NCBI RefSeq assembly: GCF_009914755.1 | Contig: NC_060933.1 | Reading direction: 5' to 3' (one strand) | From: the human T2T-CHM13v2.0 reference genome, Homo sapiens | Length of the DNA stretch: 64,000 nucleotides | Part shown: one piece after another, positions 39,203 to 54,400 of the stretch | Position numbering within the stretch: position 1 is the stretch's first letter | Layout of the letters: each line of letters opens with the position of its first letter | The notes under the pieces: model-generated | What the model was told of the DNA's origin: nothing | The model's input: the letters and a program-made list of their open reading frames with translations, nothing else | Database searches by the model: none | Made by a program: the position numbers and the translations under genes

Positions 39203-39934
39203 CTGCGGAAGAGAAGGCGAGAGGGAGGTGAGCAGGTCCCGGCACTGCCGGCCAGTGGGACCCCAGCTGGACCCCACAGCAGAGCCCAGTGTGGCCCAGC
39301 CAGGAGCAAAGGGGCTCTTGTCCACTCTCTGGAAGGACACAGGGTGCGCGGACACTGATCGGAGTCACAGGACGAGCCAACTGGGCCATAGGGCAAGAGG
39401 AGACCCATGCCTACTTGCCAGGGGGCAAGGAATGTGTCACGCCCACTCCGGGCTCCGGGTGTCCAGTGGGAAGACGAGAGGCCCAGGTCAGGGCTGCAGA
39501 AAGCGTTCATCTGCTGGGCGACCTGCCTTCCCCTTTACCCACCCTCCCACTTCCAGGGGGTTCACAGTGGAGATGAGGCTCCTCGCACACCTCCTGGTGG
39601 GCAGGTGGGAGGGCTGCCAGCTCAGTCCACGCAGGAGAGGAAGCAGGAGGGGACTCCGGAAGGGAGGGGTGACTTCTGAGGCACTGAGGGTAGGGGCTCA
39701 CCCACGCCACCCACCAGCCACTGGCTTGAGGTCAGGAAGAGAGTCCCGAAAATGAAAAGCCCTCGGACCTTCCGCCTGGATCCACAGCCTCCCCTCCTAC
39801 AAAGGGAGCAGAAGCCCCATGGGGTCTCCCCAGAAGGAACGCGGCGGTGCTCCCCCACACTCCGCCCTCCAGATGCCCCAACCCTGGTGCCTTTCTGCAG
39901 TTCACGATGGTATAGAAATATATATATATATATA

Positions 39935-40107
39935 ACACATAAACTTTAATCATCTGGGCTCTTCTTGAGTCTCATTTTTGTGGAACTGTCATGCATATGT
40001 ACATAATTATAATTGTTTTTCTCCTGCTCATCTGTCTTATGTCAATTTAATTCATAAACCAGCTCAAGAACCTGGAGGGGTGGAAGGAAGCGCTTTTTCC
40101 TCCCCCA
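39935..40107 (+). mobile_element. ERV1-class LTR 3' fragment (MER34/MER39-like)
   Basis: gtttttctcctgctcatctgtcttatgtcaatttaattc...gaacctggaggggtggaaggaagcgctttttcctcccc. Confidence 0.6.
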
Positions 40108-41879
40108 GGACCCAAAACATCACTCTGCTCCATCCTCTGCAGACAGACAGATGGGTGTGGCCCCGAGTCTACAGGCCTCCCTGCATAAGGCGAGCCCAGG
40201 CCAGCACAGGCCAACCACTCAGAGCTGAAATGTCAGGTCAGCCTCAGGAAGCGGGGAGAGGCGGAAGGGAGGGAGGGGTGGGGAGGGAGGAGAGGCAGGA
40301 GAGGCAGATCAAACACCCAGAAGAGGGGGCTGCAGCTGGCTCAACGCTATGGGCCAAATCCACTCATCTCTAGAGGAGACACGAAAGGCCCCTTAATTAA
40401 ACCAAACAGCCCCCTGTAGCCCCAGGGTGCGTGTTCTGGTAGGAAACCTGTCACTAAGGATGGGACGGGAGATCCCAGCTGGAGGGGCTGCCCGGGCCCA
40501 GATGCCAGCTGGGATTGCTTCCTTGCCTGGGGTCAGGCTGACATTTGCTCAGCCCGAGATCCAGCAGGGACGCGCGGTCCGTCCCGGCAGCCCCGCCCCA
40601 ACCGGAGGCCGGGGACCTGTGCTCCTGCGGGAGGGCAGGGGGGAGTCCGCTGATCTGTGAGCTGGAAACCTGGGTCCTACCTGGCTCTGTCACAGACCTG
40701 CAGGGACTGGGCCATTGGTCAGCGTGCCCCTGTGGCTTCCTGGTAAAAGCCCGTGTCCAAGGGCGCAGCACGGCCAGGCCTGACCTCTGCATGGGTGAGC
40801 TCAGCTCTCTCCTCCCAGCCACTCTCCCTCCTTCCACCCATCACCATACAGCAGCATCCCCCAGTTGAGGTGTGTGTCCCTGGGTCACAGGCAGAGCTGA
40901 GGCTGCCACGACATCCTCACCATCAGGGCTCCGTTGCTGAGACAGTGCCATTTACGGCCAAGAAGCCCCTCAAGGAATCCATCTCCTCCCATGATATGCA
41001 GAGCCCCATGCCGACACAGATCCCGCCCAGGTGATGGGGGTGGGGCTGAGGAGCCACAACCTGGAGGGGACTGGCCCACACGCAGGTGACCCCAGAAAGC
41101 ACAGGAGCACGTGGGGGGCCAGGAGCCAGGGAGGCTCTGCCAGGCTGAGATGTGACTTCAGGACCCAGAGATGGAGGCTTGAAACCCCGCTGCCAGGACC
41201 AGCCCTGGGCTGTCCCCGCTCCCGCACCAGCCCCTCGCTTACATGCAGCCATCCCTGTCTCCAACCTCGTCAGTCATTTCTGCTTTTTCTAAATTTTCAG
41301 TGATGATTGGTATGACTTCCATAATAAAGAAAAATAGAATCAAAATTCTCATTATGAAAATGTGTCCTCATCAAAAGTAAAAAAATTTTAAACCCCACTC
41401 ATCTCCTATAAAAGTATGTTACATATAAAATGACATCATGGCAAAGTATTAATGTGCTTTCTCACGTAGAATGTAGAGAGGGAAGAGAAAATACCAAACT
41501 CCTGAGGTTGTGATCTTGTTCAAATCTGATCACAGAGTGTGGGCGACAGTTTAGGGAAACAGGGCATCCCATCGAACCCTGGATTATCAACAGGACGGCC
41601 ATTCGGGGACTGTACTTCTAGAACCCGCCCTGCTAAGCCGATCAAGAGATGCATTCACACTTTGTAAGGAAACCCACCCTAATGGTGAGTGAGCACACAC
41701 GCGTGCCTCTCACTCTTCCTGTGCCCAGGCAGACATCACTCACCAATCAAAGCTCTCCTATCCCTGAAGCCCAGCGCAGGGTTCTTAACACAGGGCTCTA
41801 CTCCTCCATCAGTCCTGGGACTCAGACAGAACCCACCTGCCCTGCCAGGAGAGCTGAGCCCGGGGCAGCGAAGGAGAGG

Positions 41880-42090
41880 AAAGGCTTTGGAGTTGGGCAA
41901 ACCCAGGTGTGAACCCTAGGCCCACAGCCTGCTCCCTGTGACTTTGGACAACCTACTTAACCTCTCTGAGTGTCAGCCTTCTCCTCCTGGAAAATGGAAG
42001 TAATAGTGCCTTCTCAGAGGTCTGCTGGGAAGAGCAGCTGTAGGATAGCAGAATGCTCTGTACTTAGGGGGGCCCAACAGTGGCAGCTGC
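41880..42090 (+). mobile_element. MIR
   Basis: ggctttggagttgggcaaacccagg...ctgtgactttggacaacctacttaacctctctgag...ggaaaatggaagtaatagt. Confidence 0.75.
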
Positions 42091-42263
42091 GATTTAGTAT
42101 TTCTAGTATCATTCTCACTCAGGGCACTTTCCACTGCCCAAGAAAACTGCCTTCTGATGCCTCGTTAGGGCCTAAGAGCCCCACTCGCCATGATGATTTT
42201 GGAATCTTGTTTCCTAACACAGAAAGTGAGTGCCCACTAAAATAAGGCACAACAGTCATTTCA

Positions 42264-42590
<327 letters not shown>

Positions 42591-43197
42591 CCTTTTTAAA
42601 AACCTGACCTTGAGCTATGATTGTCGTAATTTTCCCTTTCCTGCATCTCATTTGGTGTCTTGTTCAACCCCTACTGTCATTTCCTTTACCTGCCCAACCC
42701 AGAGGAGATAAAGCAGGAATGTTAAAGTCCAAAGAATTATACTGCTGCCCGTAAAATCTTTACTACTTTTATTCTAAGATCCCTATTTGAGGCCACAAAT
42801 CCCCTTGAGAATGGAGCTGCAAATCCAATTAATTTCTGCCACAGCCCAACAAAAGCTCTGCCAGAAGGGGAAGAGCAGGAGAGGGAGGCAGCCTGTCAGG
42901 GACCGTGCACGGCCTCAGCGCCTGGCCGCTGGCGCAGGAATATGCAGGAGAATAGAGGAGGCTTCACCAGGCCCCAGTCCCCTTTCACTCCGCTCCCCCC
43001 ACAGCCCTCCATGCCCATGCTACCTCTGGCCTTTGTACCTGCTCTGCTCTCTGCCTTTAGTCCCCCACCCTCCCACCATTCACCCAAGTGCTAGCATCCT
43101 TCAGGGCTGAATCCAAGCCCTACTGCATGTGGGAAGACTTGATCAGTCTCTCAGCTTGGGTCTGCCTCTGCCTAGCACAGTGCCTGGCGCTAGAAAG

Positions 43198-44250
43198 GCA
43201 TGGATGAGTACATGGATGGATGAGTAGGTGGAGGATAGATGGCGGGGGGTGGATGGTTGGCTGGCTGGCTGAGTGGGTGCATGGATGTGTGGATGGATGA
43301 ATGGATGGGTGGGTAAGTAGGTGGGTGGGTGGGTGGGTGGATGGGTGGATGGATGGATGGGTGGGTAAGTGGGTGGGTGGGTGGGTAGATGGATGGATGC
43401 ATGCATGCATGCATGGGTGGGCGGGTGGGTGGGTGGCTAGATGGATGAATGGGTGGGTGGATGGATGGATGTATGGGTGTATGGGTAAGTGGGTAGGTGA
43501 ATGTATAGATGGATGGATGGGTGGATGGAAGGACGAATGGATGGCTGAGTGGCTAGCTGGGTGGGTGGGTGGATTGATGGATGGGTGGGTGGATGAATGG
43601 GTGGGTGGATGAATGGATGGGTGGATGGAGGGATAAATGGATGGCTGAGTGCATGAGTGGGTGGGTAGATGGATGAATGGATAGGTTGGTGAGTGGGTTG
43701 GTGGATGGATGAATGGGTGGGTGGGTGGGTGGATGGATAGATGGGTGGGTGGGTGGATGGATGAATGAATGGATGTATGGATGGGTGGGTGGATGAATGG
43801 ATGGATGGGGTGGGTGGGTAGGTGGGTGGGTGGATGGATGGATGAATGGATGGATGGGTGGGTAGATGGATGGATGGGTGGGTAGGTGGGTGGATGGATG
43901 AAAAGATGCATGAATGGATGGATGGGCGAGTGGTTGGATGAATGGCTAGGTGGGTGCATGGATGGATGGATGGATGGGTAGCTAGATGGGTAAATGGCTG
44001 GGTTGGTGGGATGGGTGGATGAGTGGTAGATGGGTGGGTGGGTAAGTAGGTAAGTGGAAGGATAGATAAATGGGTTGTCGGGTGGCTGGATTCATGGGTG
44101 CATGGATGCATGTCTGGAAGGACAGATGGATGAGAGAGTAGTTGGACTTTGTGGGCTGACAGACAGATGGATGAGTGGATGGATGAACAAATGAGTGGGT
44201 TGGTGGGTGGGATTAGTGGGTGCATGGATAAGTGGACAGAAAGGTGGGTG
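43198..44250. repeat. About 1 kb (TGGA)n/(GGGT)n simple-repeat array
   Basis: Read directly; explains the H/P/S/I/T-rich and W/M/D/G-rich pseudo-ORFs. Confidence 0.96.
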
Positions 44251-44283
44251 TCAGATATTCTCAGGCTGCTCTTAATCCCCTGA

Positions 44284-44610
<327 letters not shown>

Positions 44611-47346
44611 TACACGAGGAGGCATTTTCAAGGAGAGCTTGTAAGAGATCACACAGAGGTATTTAAGTCACCCCTCAGTAGGGACTTTGTAAACACTGAC
44701 CTCGATTAAACAGTGTGACACACATTTGCACAGAGAATGTCTGAGCAGAGTTCCTGGGGCCACATCCCAGCTGTAACTTAAAGCCCAGTGGGGGTGGGTT
44801 GGGTGGAGACTCTGGTCATTTTGCAACAAGGCCTAGCTCCACCCCCCACTCCCCGCCCCCGAGGCCATCTTCAGGCACCAGCTGATTTTCCTTCCCGCAC
44901 TTACCCCTAGCGTCCCCTACCCACACCTTGCCCTGTGGCGTTGCCTTGCTCGTTAAGAGCAGGGAATGAGAAGCAGAGAAGGCCAACCACAGCCTATCCA
45001 GAAGTTGTCCTGAGAGCAGTCATCCTGGCTCCCCAGGGGCGGCTGCATCCCTCTCCTCCCACCAGAGCCTTCCTGAGCATGCATTTCCTCGTGCCCGGCT
45101 TCGGGAAGCAGAGTTTCCCACTGCACCGCCGAGGGGACGAAGCAGATGTCCGCACAGGAAGCAGAGAAGCCCCAAGTGCTGAGTGCAGAGAAATCCCCAG
45201 CAGAGCCCGCGTTGGGCAGCAGCCCCTCCTCCCAAACGACCCATCCAATCCCACTCCCCAAGCTTCCTCAGCACCCACTCCCCACTCCTGCCCCTGAGCC
45301 ACTGCTTGCTCAAGGAGCTCCCCCAGCCCCCAACAGGCCTTCCCCATGAGCTCAATTCTGGGCAGGACAATCACAGTCCCAGTGCTACAGCCAAATAAGT
45401 CACCAGCCAGAGGACACAGACCAGAAAACAGAACACCCTACAGGGGTGCCCAAACCCAAACCCCGAAGGAAGAGCAGAGGAAACACAGCTCCTGCTTCCA
45501 AAGAGCTCCTTCACTCTCCTCCCGTCCTTCCCCGGGGAATTACGGGGCACCTGCGTGGGGCTGGCATGGGCGGCCATTTGTCACTGATTCAGGGAGAAGG
45601 AACAGCTTGAATCTCGCTTTGGGATAATAAATCAGGCTCCTATCCTTGCCCTCAGGACTTCTGTGAAAATCTGCTAGAAACGATGGCGTCTGCAGGGCAC
45701 CACCTGTGCCACTCACTGTGCCTACAGCTGCATGGTGGCCCCACAGTCCAGAGGGAGGGGCACATTGGACGCGCAGGGGTCTCCAAGCTGAGGGTAGCAA
45801 GCACAGGTCTGTCAGTGCAGACCCTCAGGATCTCAGCTAGAGGGACGACAGCTTGGGTTTGCTTTCTTGGAGGGCCCTGAGGAGCCGGCAGCCAGATTTG
45901 GTTTTTAAGACAAAGACCAGAGTAGCAAAGAGAGGACCCTAAACACAGCTGCCCTCCTTCCCAGGCAGGTAGCAGGTGCCTGGGTTCTAGGGGACGAGCC
46001 CGGACAGCTCACGCCTTACTGTGCTTCCATGAGGACTGTGGGGCCTCAAACGTGGGGTTCAATGGGGAGCACGACCGCTTGTTGGTGCTGATCTAAGATT
46101 TCACAACAGCAGCAGCTACAGGGAGAGAAGGCTGGGCCCCCACACCACCACCGCCCCAGGATCTGGCCAAGTGCTTCAAAACCATCTCGGATGCAGCACT
46201 GGGCCTGGTGACCCCATGTGGCAGCGAACTCCTCTGCATATTGAGTGGACTCCAGGGCTCCATCATGCAGAGCTCGTGGCCACTCCTGCAGCCCTGGAGT
46301 CCTGGCCCTGTTTCCCTGGGGACAACCACCACCTCAGAGCAGGGAAGCCCCTCTTGCCTCTTAAAGAGTGAATCCACCCAGCAGGTATGCAGCTCGTCCT
46401 GGAGTGAGTGTCCACAAACAGCCCTGCCCAGGGCCAACATGCAGCTCCCAGGCTCCGTCCCCAAACACCCAGAGATAACATCAGGGAGAAGCCACAGAAC
46501 AGACCCCAGCACCTCAACTGTGCTCACTGGAGGGGAGACCTTGTGGGGAGAGCTAAGAGCAAGGCTTCTGCAGGTAATGGGTCTGGGTTCAAGCCCTGGC
46601 TCTGCCTGTCTCTGAGCCTCAGTTTCCCCAACTGCAGAATGGGGGCCGGTAGTAGCAATTGCTAAGACCAAGGGAGATGGTGCATAAGCCTCCTAGTGAG
46701 CATCCTGCATGTGCCAGCGTGGGTCTCTCCCCTTCCGCTTTCCACCAGCTCAGCCTGAGCCCACTCTGCCTCCAGAGCCAGCCGCAGTGGGACCAATTCC
46801 TGGATCACAATTGGAAAAGCGCCCCTCCCCACAGATGGTCCACCCGGCCCTGCCATGGCTCAGGCAGGGCACCCCACTGAGCACTTCCTCCCACAGTACA
46901 TCTGAACAAGAACGCAGCCCTCAATGAACATTTGGATTCTGGAAGGTACTGACGATTGCAGAAGGTACAGAAATCAGTGCTTGGCTCATCCAGCCATCAT
47001 GCACAGAGTCTAGGACAGTTTTTGTTTCCCACACTCTGCTGGCATCTCAGGTGAAGGATCCAGGGCTTGAGACAGTCCCTAATGCCTCCACTTGGCCGGT
47101 ACAGAAAGAAAGTGGAACCCGACTCACAGAAGAGAAGGCCCCGCACGGTGACTGCCAAGGACCGTGTTCACCAGCAGTGTATCAGGGAGGCTGCTCCACG
47201 TGACCCTGGTGCTCCTCGCCCAGCCGGAGCACTCCGAGAGAACAGGCAGAGCCTCGAGTTACATCCTGGAGGGCGGGACTGGCTCACGGCCCTAAGGGAG
47301 CGCCCTCGGCCTCTGAGGCCAGGTGCGGCCAGCCCTGACATCTACT

Positions 47347-47424
47347 GTCCGGGTTTGCCCAGGACAGGGATTTCTTGGGATGCGGGACTTTTGATGCTGT
47401 AACTGGGACAAGTTGGCCACCCTA
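47347..47424. mobile_element. MER94-like (hAT-Blackjack) remnant
   Basis: tgtccgggtttgcccaggac...gggacaagttggccacccta terminal motif. Confidence 0.65.
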
Positions 47425-48221
47425 GTCTTGCAGATGGCAGACAACAGTGTTTCCATTTATGGTGCTGACACTATCGGGGGGTGGTGGGGGCCTGGCTAAG
47501 CCTCAGTTTCCAATTCTGAAACCAGCTTCAAAATCAGGCTTTGGGAGGGCCAGGTGCTGGCCTGGTACTGGAACACCACCAGGTGCAGTGGCATCTCACC
47601 CAGGCGGAGGCCATAGTGAGGAGAAAGAGAACAGCGCGGGCAGAGGGGTGGAGGGGCCATGGGACCCCACGCCCAGGGCATGGGAGCCGGGCCCTAGCCC
47701 TTTTGGCACTGTGTGCCGGGGAAACAGCAGCCAGGCAAACTTGAAAGGCACCATCAGGAAGCGCAGCGTGGAGGGCCCGCCAGACCCGTTTAATTATTGA
47801 GGGAGTCACCTGGGTGCCGCCTTCTAATTGGCAGGGAGGCCTTGAAGCACCAGGGCTTCGCTTATTAGAAACGGTTCTCCTGCTAAACAGCTCCAACTGT
47901 CAAAACAAGCCCAGGGATCACGTTTCTTTCCTCAGCGCGCCATCCCACCCAGCCCAGCAGGGCTATCACAATGGGAGGAGGCCAGGTCGAACCCGGCTTT
48001 CCACCCATGGCCACACCCGGCTCGGGGATGGCAGTGTCGGAGATGAGCCTGACACACCCAGCACGAAGGCAGCACAGGGCCGAGGGGTGCAGGGAGCACG
48101 CAGAGACAGCTCGGGGTGGCAGGGAGTCTGAACCTGGGGAAACCAGGAAGGGCTTCTCGCAGGTGGCGGCAAGGGAGCTGGTGTGAAGAGTAAAGTCTAA
48201 TTTTGAGTTCAGAGCTCTGAC

Positions 48222-48366
48222 TTTGTTTGGGTTTTTTTGGTATTTTTTTGTAGAGATGGGGTCTTGCTATACTGTCCAGGCTGGTCTCAAACTCTTGGCC
48301 TCACGCGATCCTCCCACCTTGGCCTCCCAGTGTTGGGATTACAGGTGGGAGGCACTGTACCTGGCC
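48222..48366 (-). mobile_element. FLAM/AluJ monomer
   Basis: tttttgtagagatggggtcttgctatactgtccaggctggtctcaaactcttggcctc. Confidence 0.85.
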
Positions 48367-51300
48367 CAGAGTTCCAGCTTTGTATAAGACAGGCTAGAGT
48401 AGGAACCCTGGCCACAAACTCCTAGCTACAGGCTTGCTAAGGGCCCTACACCCCCTGGCCTCAGCTCACTCACTGTAATATTTGGACAAGCCACCTGCCT
48501 CAGATGTGGTATGTGAAGGAAGGAGGGGGAAGGTGATGATGGACATGGGCATGGTTTAGGGGCTGGAGCAGGCAGCCCGGGCAGGGGGTAGATGAAGACT
48601 CAAGTGCCAAGTGGGGCAGGAGTCTCACGGGGGTGGAGTCGAGAGTGACCAATGGGCTGGCCCGGTGTGGCCACCAGGGTCTGAAACCAAAGTCAGGATG
48701 GAAGTAGGAGGGTCTCTGTCCCATGGAGTGGCGGGTTGGAAGGTGGGGGCACTGAGGCACAACCACTGCCATAGCCCCGGCAGTGACCTTGACATCTGCC
48801 ATGGCAGGTCCAGCGAGGTGGGGGTGTGGCCAGCTCCAAGGCCACCAGGGGAGATGGTGAATACACCAGAGCCCCAGAGGAGAGACCCCACGTGACCCCC
48901 AATCCAGCGAGGCTGTTTCTGCCCCTGTTTCCAGAACCTCGGCAAGGCAGAGGAAGACACGGATCTCACAGGCGGAAAGAAATGCTCGGTCCCCTGCCCC
49001 CTCTACTTTGTCTGGGAGAGGAAGGGGCCTGGCGTGGCTGCTGATTACAGAGGAATGTGACTTCTCAGCAGCTGTAAGGCATAATATATATTTTTATTTT
49101 CCAACACGCTTCTCGTAAGGGAACCTCGGCTGGCACCGGTTTGGAAGGAAATGGCCAGTGGTCCACAGGGTGTCCTTCCCCGGTGAGCATGCAGAGCCCC
49201 CGAAGCTACTCTGCCTTTCACTCCATGCCAGCCCTCTTCCCAGGGAACACCTGCCCAGGCTTGGCAGGAAACCCCCTGGACAAACACTTAGGATTTGTCC
49301 ATCAGAGAACGGGGCTGAGGGAGGAGGCTCTAGGACAGGGGCGTTGCGGCCCACAGGCCAGCAGGGGCTTTCCAGGGCTGAGGCCTGCACCCCCAGTCCC
49401 TGGCACGGCTGCTCCACCCAGCTGCCAGGTCAGGCCTCTGTGCATCTCACTTCTGCAAACCCAAAGCTACACACACTCCCTGCAGACACAGGACAGGGAT
49501 CAGGATGCTTCCAAACTGGGCACTGATGGGCCAGAGCCCCCAGCTGTCCTCTGGCCTTGGCCTGGGGACCCTCGGCCGAGCTCAGTCATGCTGGGCAGAG
49601 AAAGGTGGACAGAGTGACTAATGAGGACTATGGCACAGGAACGCAGACACGACAGGTCTGATTCACGAGGAGGAAACTGAGGCAAGGCTTGGGTCTGCCC
49701 AAGCTTCCAGACTCCAGGCCTGCAGGTCAGCACTCTCTGTGCCCGACGGTGCCCATGAGGGCCCCAGACAGCTCCCGGGTTCCTCAGCAGCCCCAACCAG
49801 GACAGCTCTGAGATCCTCCTGTGAACATGGAACGCTCTGTCAGCTACTGGAAACACCGTTCCTTTTTTTTACCTCTCCCTGAACACAGCAGTTTCCTTCC
49901 CTGGGCCAGTGGAGGTCTGTTGCAGGAGGGCAGCACACAAACGGCTTCCTGAGCTTCCCCCGCTCTCGCGTCTGGCACAGTCGCCGGATCACACAAGCCA
50001 GGCTGGGCAGTTTTGGGTGGGCGGACATGGGCCACAGCGGCTTGTCTGCACGTGTGTCCCACCCTGGCCAGAGGCAGAAGCGTGGACGCGCTGGGCCAGG
50101 CCGGGGACTGAATCCACGGGCTGGATGGCAGGGGCTCTGGTCTGAGACCCAGGAGGAACAGCCCGCATGGCACGCCCAAGGCAACAAGTTTAAAATGCAG
50201 ACCTTCCTCCAGCAAACACTCGGAAGCTGGGAGCTGCAGGCAGGATCCCTACTCGGAGAGCTGGGGTGGGAGGGCCAGAATGGGGGGCCGCACTGGGGGT
50301 TCTCTGCAACCACCAATCTGCTGTGTCACCTCAGGCGAGATCTCTCTCCTCTCTAGGCTGCCAAGGGGGACTGGGTGACGCAGCAGCTGAAGGCCCTCTT
50401 CCCCCTCCCTGCACTTCCTGCCGACTTGTCTGCTGGGAAATGAAGGGTCAGCTGGGTGGCCGAGGCCTTGGCAGTCTCCCTAGTGTGACGGGGCCTCACG
50501 TTGGAGGATCGGCTGTGACAGGGACAGCAACCCCAGGGCCTGTCTAGGAGCAGCCACTACCCTTCCATCCCCTGCCCATGGCAGGCATCACTAGTCAATC
50601 ACAGTATTCTCTCTGAGTCCACTGGGATGGACACACTCCAGGTGGCTGATGGATTTATCAGCCCTGGTGAGACAGGGATGCCAGTCCCAGCAGAGAGCAG
50701 GTTTCCAGGAGAGCCCTGGTCAACCCTCCATTGTGGCATCAATTGACCGAGGTGGGGCCAGTCTCAGGAGTCCCAGGACAGCCTGGTCAAGCTGCTCCAC
50801 AGACACCAGCCTCTGTCCATTGGTGGAGTCTTGGAGCAGGGTTGGGGGCACACCCACCCAGCTGAAAGGGCACAGTGGGGCCCCAATCTTTCCTCTACAT
50901 TCACAGAGCAGGGGAAAGGGAAGGCCTCACAGGACGGAAGCTGTGCTGAAGCTCCCGATAGCCCCACAAGATGGGGTTCCGTCTCCATCCCAAAGAAGAC
51001 ACTGAGGCCCAGAGAGGTGAAGAAAGCTGCCCAAGGAGGCCAGCCAGAAAGTGGCAGAGGTGGGCTGGGAGCCAGGACCTCACACCACCTGGCCATGCCT
51101 CGGAGAGCAGCCCTGGGTCATCGCAAGGGACTGACCACACCAAAGGGCCTGGGTGTCACCCCTGGCACCTCCTGTCGGCACCTCCTGTTGGCTACCAGCC
51201 CCGCTCACCCTCTTCCTGCTATCCCGACCCACAACCCTCCGCCACTCCCACCTGGGCGTCCACAGCAGCCCCTCGGTGGCCCTGGCCTCCACTCTGGAGC

Positions 51301-52859
51301 CCCTTGAGGCCAGGCAGGGCCAGAGGAAGGGTCTGGACAAAATCTCAGAGGCCACTGCCCTGCTGGAACCCCCAGGGCTCCCCTCACACGTTGCTCCCTC
51401 CCCTGTCCAGCCCTGTCCCTGGCTGCCCTGGCCCCGGCCGCTCTCTATCCAGGGCCGCCAAGCACAGTTCCCCAGGGCTTCTGCCTGGGCCTCCCTGTCC
51501 CAGACCTCCCCATGGCCATCAGGGCCCAGCCAGGGCATGGCCTCCTCAGTGAGGCGCACAGACCACTGCATCTGAGGGTTCCCACCTCACCCCATCCCTC
51601 TGCTGCCACCCTGAGACCGTGTCCCGGGAACTCTGGGCCTTGGAGGGGCTGCACACAGTAGGTGAACATGACTGGCCGACGGGCGGCAGGGATGAGAGGG
51701 AGCGACTTGTCCGCCCCAGTGATCGGGTCACCAGGCCACTGGGCAGGGGCTCCCAGCAAGCGTGAAGATGAGGATGGAGCCCCACTCTCCCACAGTAACC
51801 CCGAGGGGATGGGCTTGGCTGGGCTCCTTTGCAGCAGAGAACTGGGCTTTGACCCTGTGGGTGGTGCCAGCCGTGGGCCTGAAGGCGGCCCTGGGTGGGA
51901 TGGGGCTGGGCGAGGGCCAGCTGTCCAGGCCCCCAACTACCCACCTTGGAGCCTCAGGCCTACAGCCTTAAGTTCCAATCAGAACTGGCCATGCCTCACC
52001 TCTGCCTTCCTGGGATACCTGTTCCATCCAAACCCTCCCTGCTCCCAAAATGCCAGATCCCCAACCTGGAGCGACGTGCAGGGTTCCCATCCTGCAGCTG
52101 CCCCCTCCCACCAAGTGGGTGCTCAGGGAAGGGAGGATCCAAGAACAAAATTCTCCAAATAGCAGAAAACCCAGGACCCCGCAGCCACCAACCCTAGCCG
52201 GGACCTTGCACCGCGCCTCAGCGTGAGCAGCCCCACCTCCGGGAGGGCTGAAACCTCGGTGCTGGACAGGGGTTGAGGCCTGCCTCAGTCTCCCCACCAG
52301 CAACCCTAAAGGGGCAGTGGAGCCTCTCCTGTCCCCAGGGTCAGCAGATGACGCATGAGGCTGGTTTTCTCAGCTGTCAGAGGCCAGTCCTACCAAGAAC
52401 CGAACGGGAAGAGCCCGGACACCCTGGGCCAGGGGCTCCATGCCTAGATGAATACTGGGCCCGGAACCCTGGCCCCCTGACTCCCAGGCAGACCCCACTT
52501 GAGGACGTCAGATAAAGTTCCAGCCCCACGCTGCCCAACGGGTTGGCCCTGGGCTACAGGTGACCTCTCTGAGCCTCAACTTCCTCCTCTGCAAAATGGG
52601 GGCGAAAATCTCTGACTCCCAGGATCAAGGGGAACATTTAATGAGCTGACGCCTGGGAGGTGCTCAGCCCTGTGCACGCCTGGTCGTGGCTGCTATGATG
52701 GTGGGTGGACGGGGCAGCTCCAGAAGGGCCACAGTGACAGATGGGACACAGAGTGGCTTGCCAAAAACCGTGCTGATCACTAACAGGGAGGGAAAGAAGC
52801 AAGTCCAAGAGTCCACTTCAACAGCAATGGGTCTCCTCATGTAAAGATCCAAAACAATG

Positions 52860-53376
<517 letters not shown>

Positions 53377-54400
53377 TCAATAAAGATAATAGGGAAAGAG
53401 CGGAACAAAAGGCTGGAGAAAGCAACCAGCAAGGGCACCAGATGGCCGATCCCAGGGTTCCTTCCTCTCTTGTCGAAACGCCGCTAAGCGCTGCCTTCAA
53501 AACCAGGCCATGTGCTGGCAGGCACGGGCCCCTGGGAACATGCCTCACGTGGAGCCGGGCATCTTTGGGGAAAGAAAGCCATGGGCTGGGGGTGAGGCAG
53601 ACAGCTCTGGGCCCAGGCAGGCTCCTGCGTCGTTCAGGCTCCCCTGAACTCCTGGCAGCCCATCCCATGGCAGCCTGGCACCGGCTGTGCAGTCACCCAG
53701 GCCCGTGTTTGGGTTTGTTTCCACCACAACCTGAATGTATGACCACAGTCCCCCAAGACACCACCATGCCAAGACGTCATCTTCTGTTCCGGGACATTCT
53801 TAATGATCTCACGTCTCATCTGCTTATGTATAAATCCCACCACAAAACATGATGTGTCTTTTCTTCTCAGTCTCTGAAAATGAGCCGATAATGTTACCCA
53901 GCTGCGCAGATACATTTTTAATGCTGACAGTTGCTGAAGAGGCGGCCTTGGTTTGTTTTGCTTGTTACAGAGTAAAACCATCTTCGCTCCCTAAAGGGAA
54001 GGACAGGAGTTGGAAAGGGCTTCACCTCATGCCAATGAGCAGGCACGGGACATTCCTCCCGCCCCGAACGCACCATGCTATTATACTTGGGACAGGGCAC
54101 TGGGAAGGAGGAGGCCACTGACCCCGAAGGCTCACCCCTCATCCCTGCTACCTGGAGGGGTGTCCTTGAACCCCAAACCTCCCCCACCAGCTGCGGGCCT
54201 CCTCCTGGGCCGGGAGTTCTCGTGGATGCCAGGGCTACGTTAAGAAGCACTGGTTAGGGCTCGTGAGGATGCTGGTCCGGCCTCCAGGGAGTGCAGGCCT
54301 CCACCCCACAGGCAGGCTAGGCTGAGGAGGCGTGGCTGAGGGACCCCCTCCTGGACCCTGCGTCCCAGAGCTGGCTGTGAAGTGAAACCCATGTCCCTGC

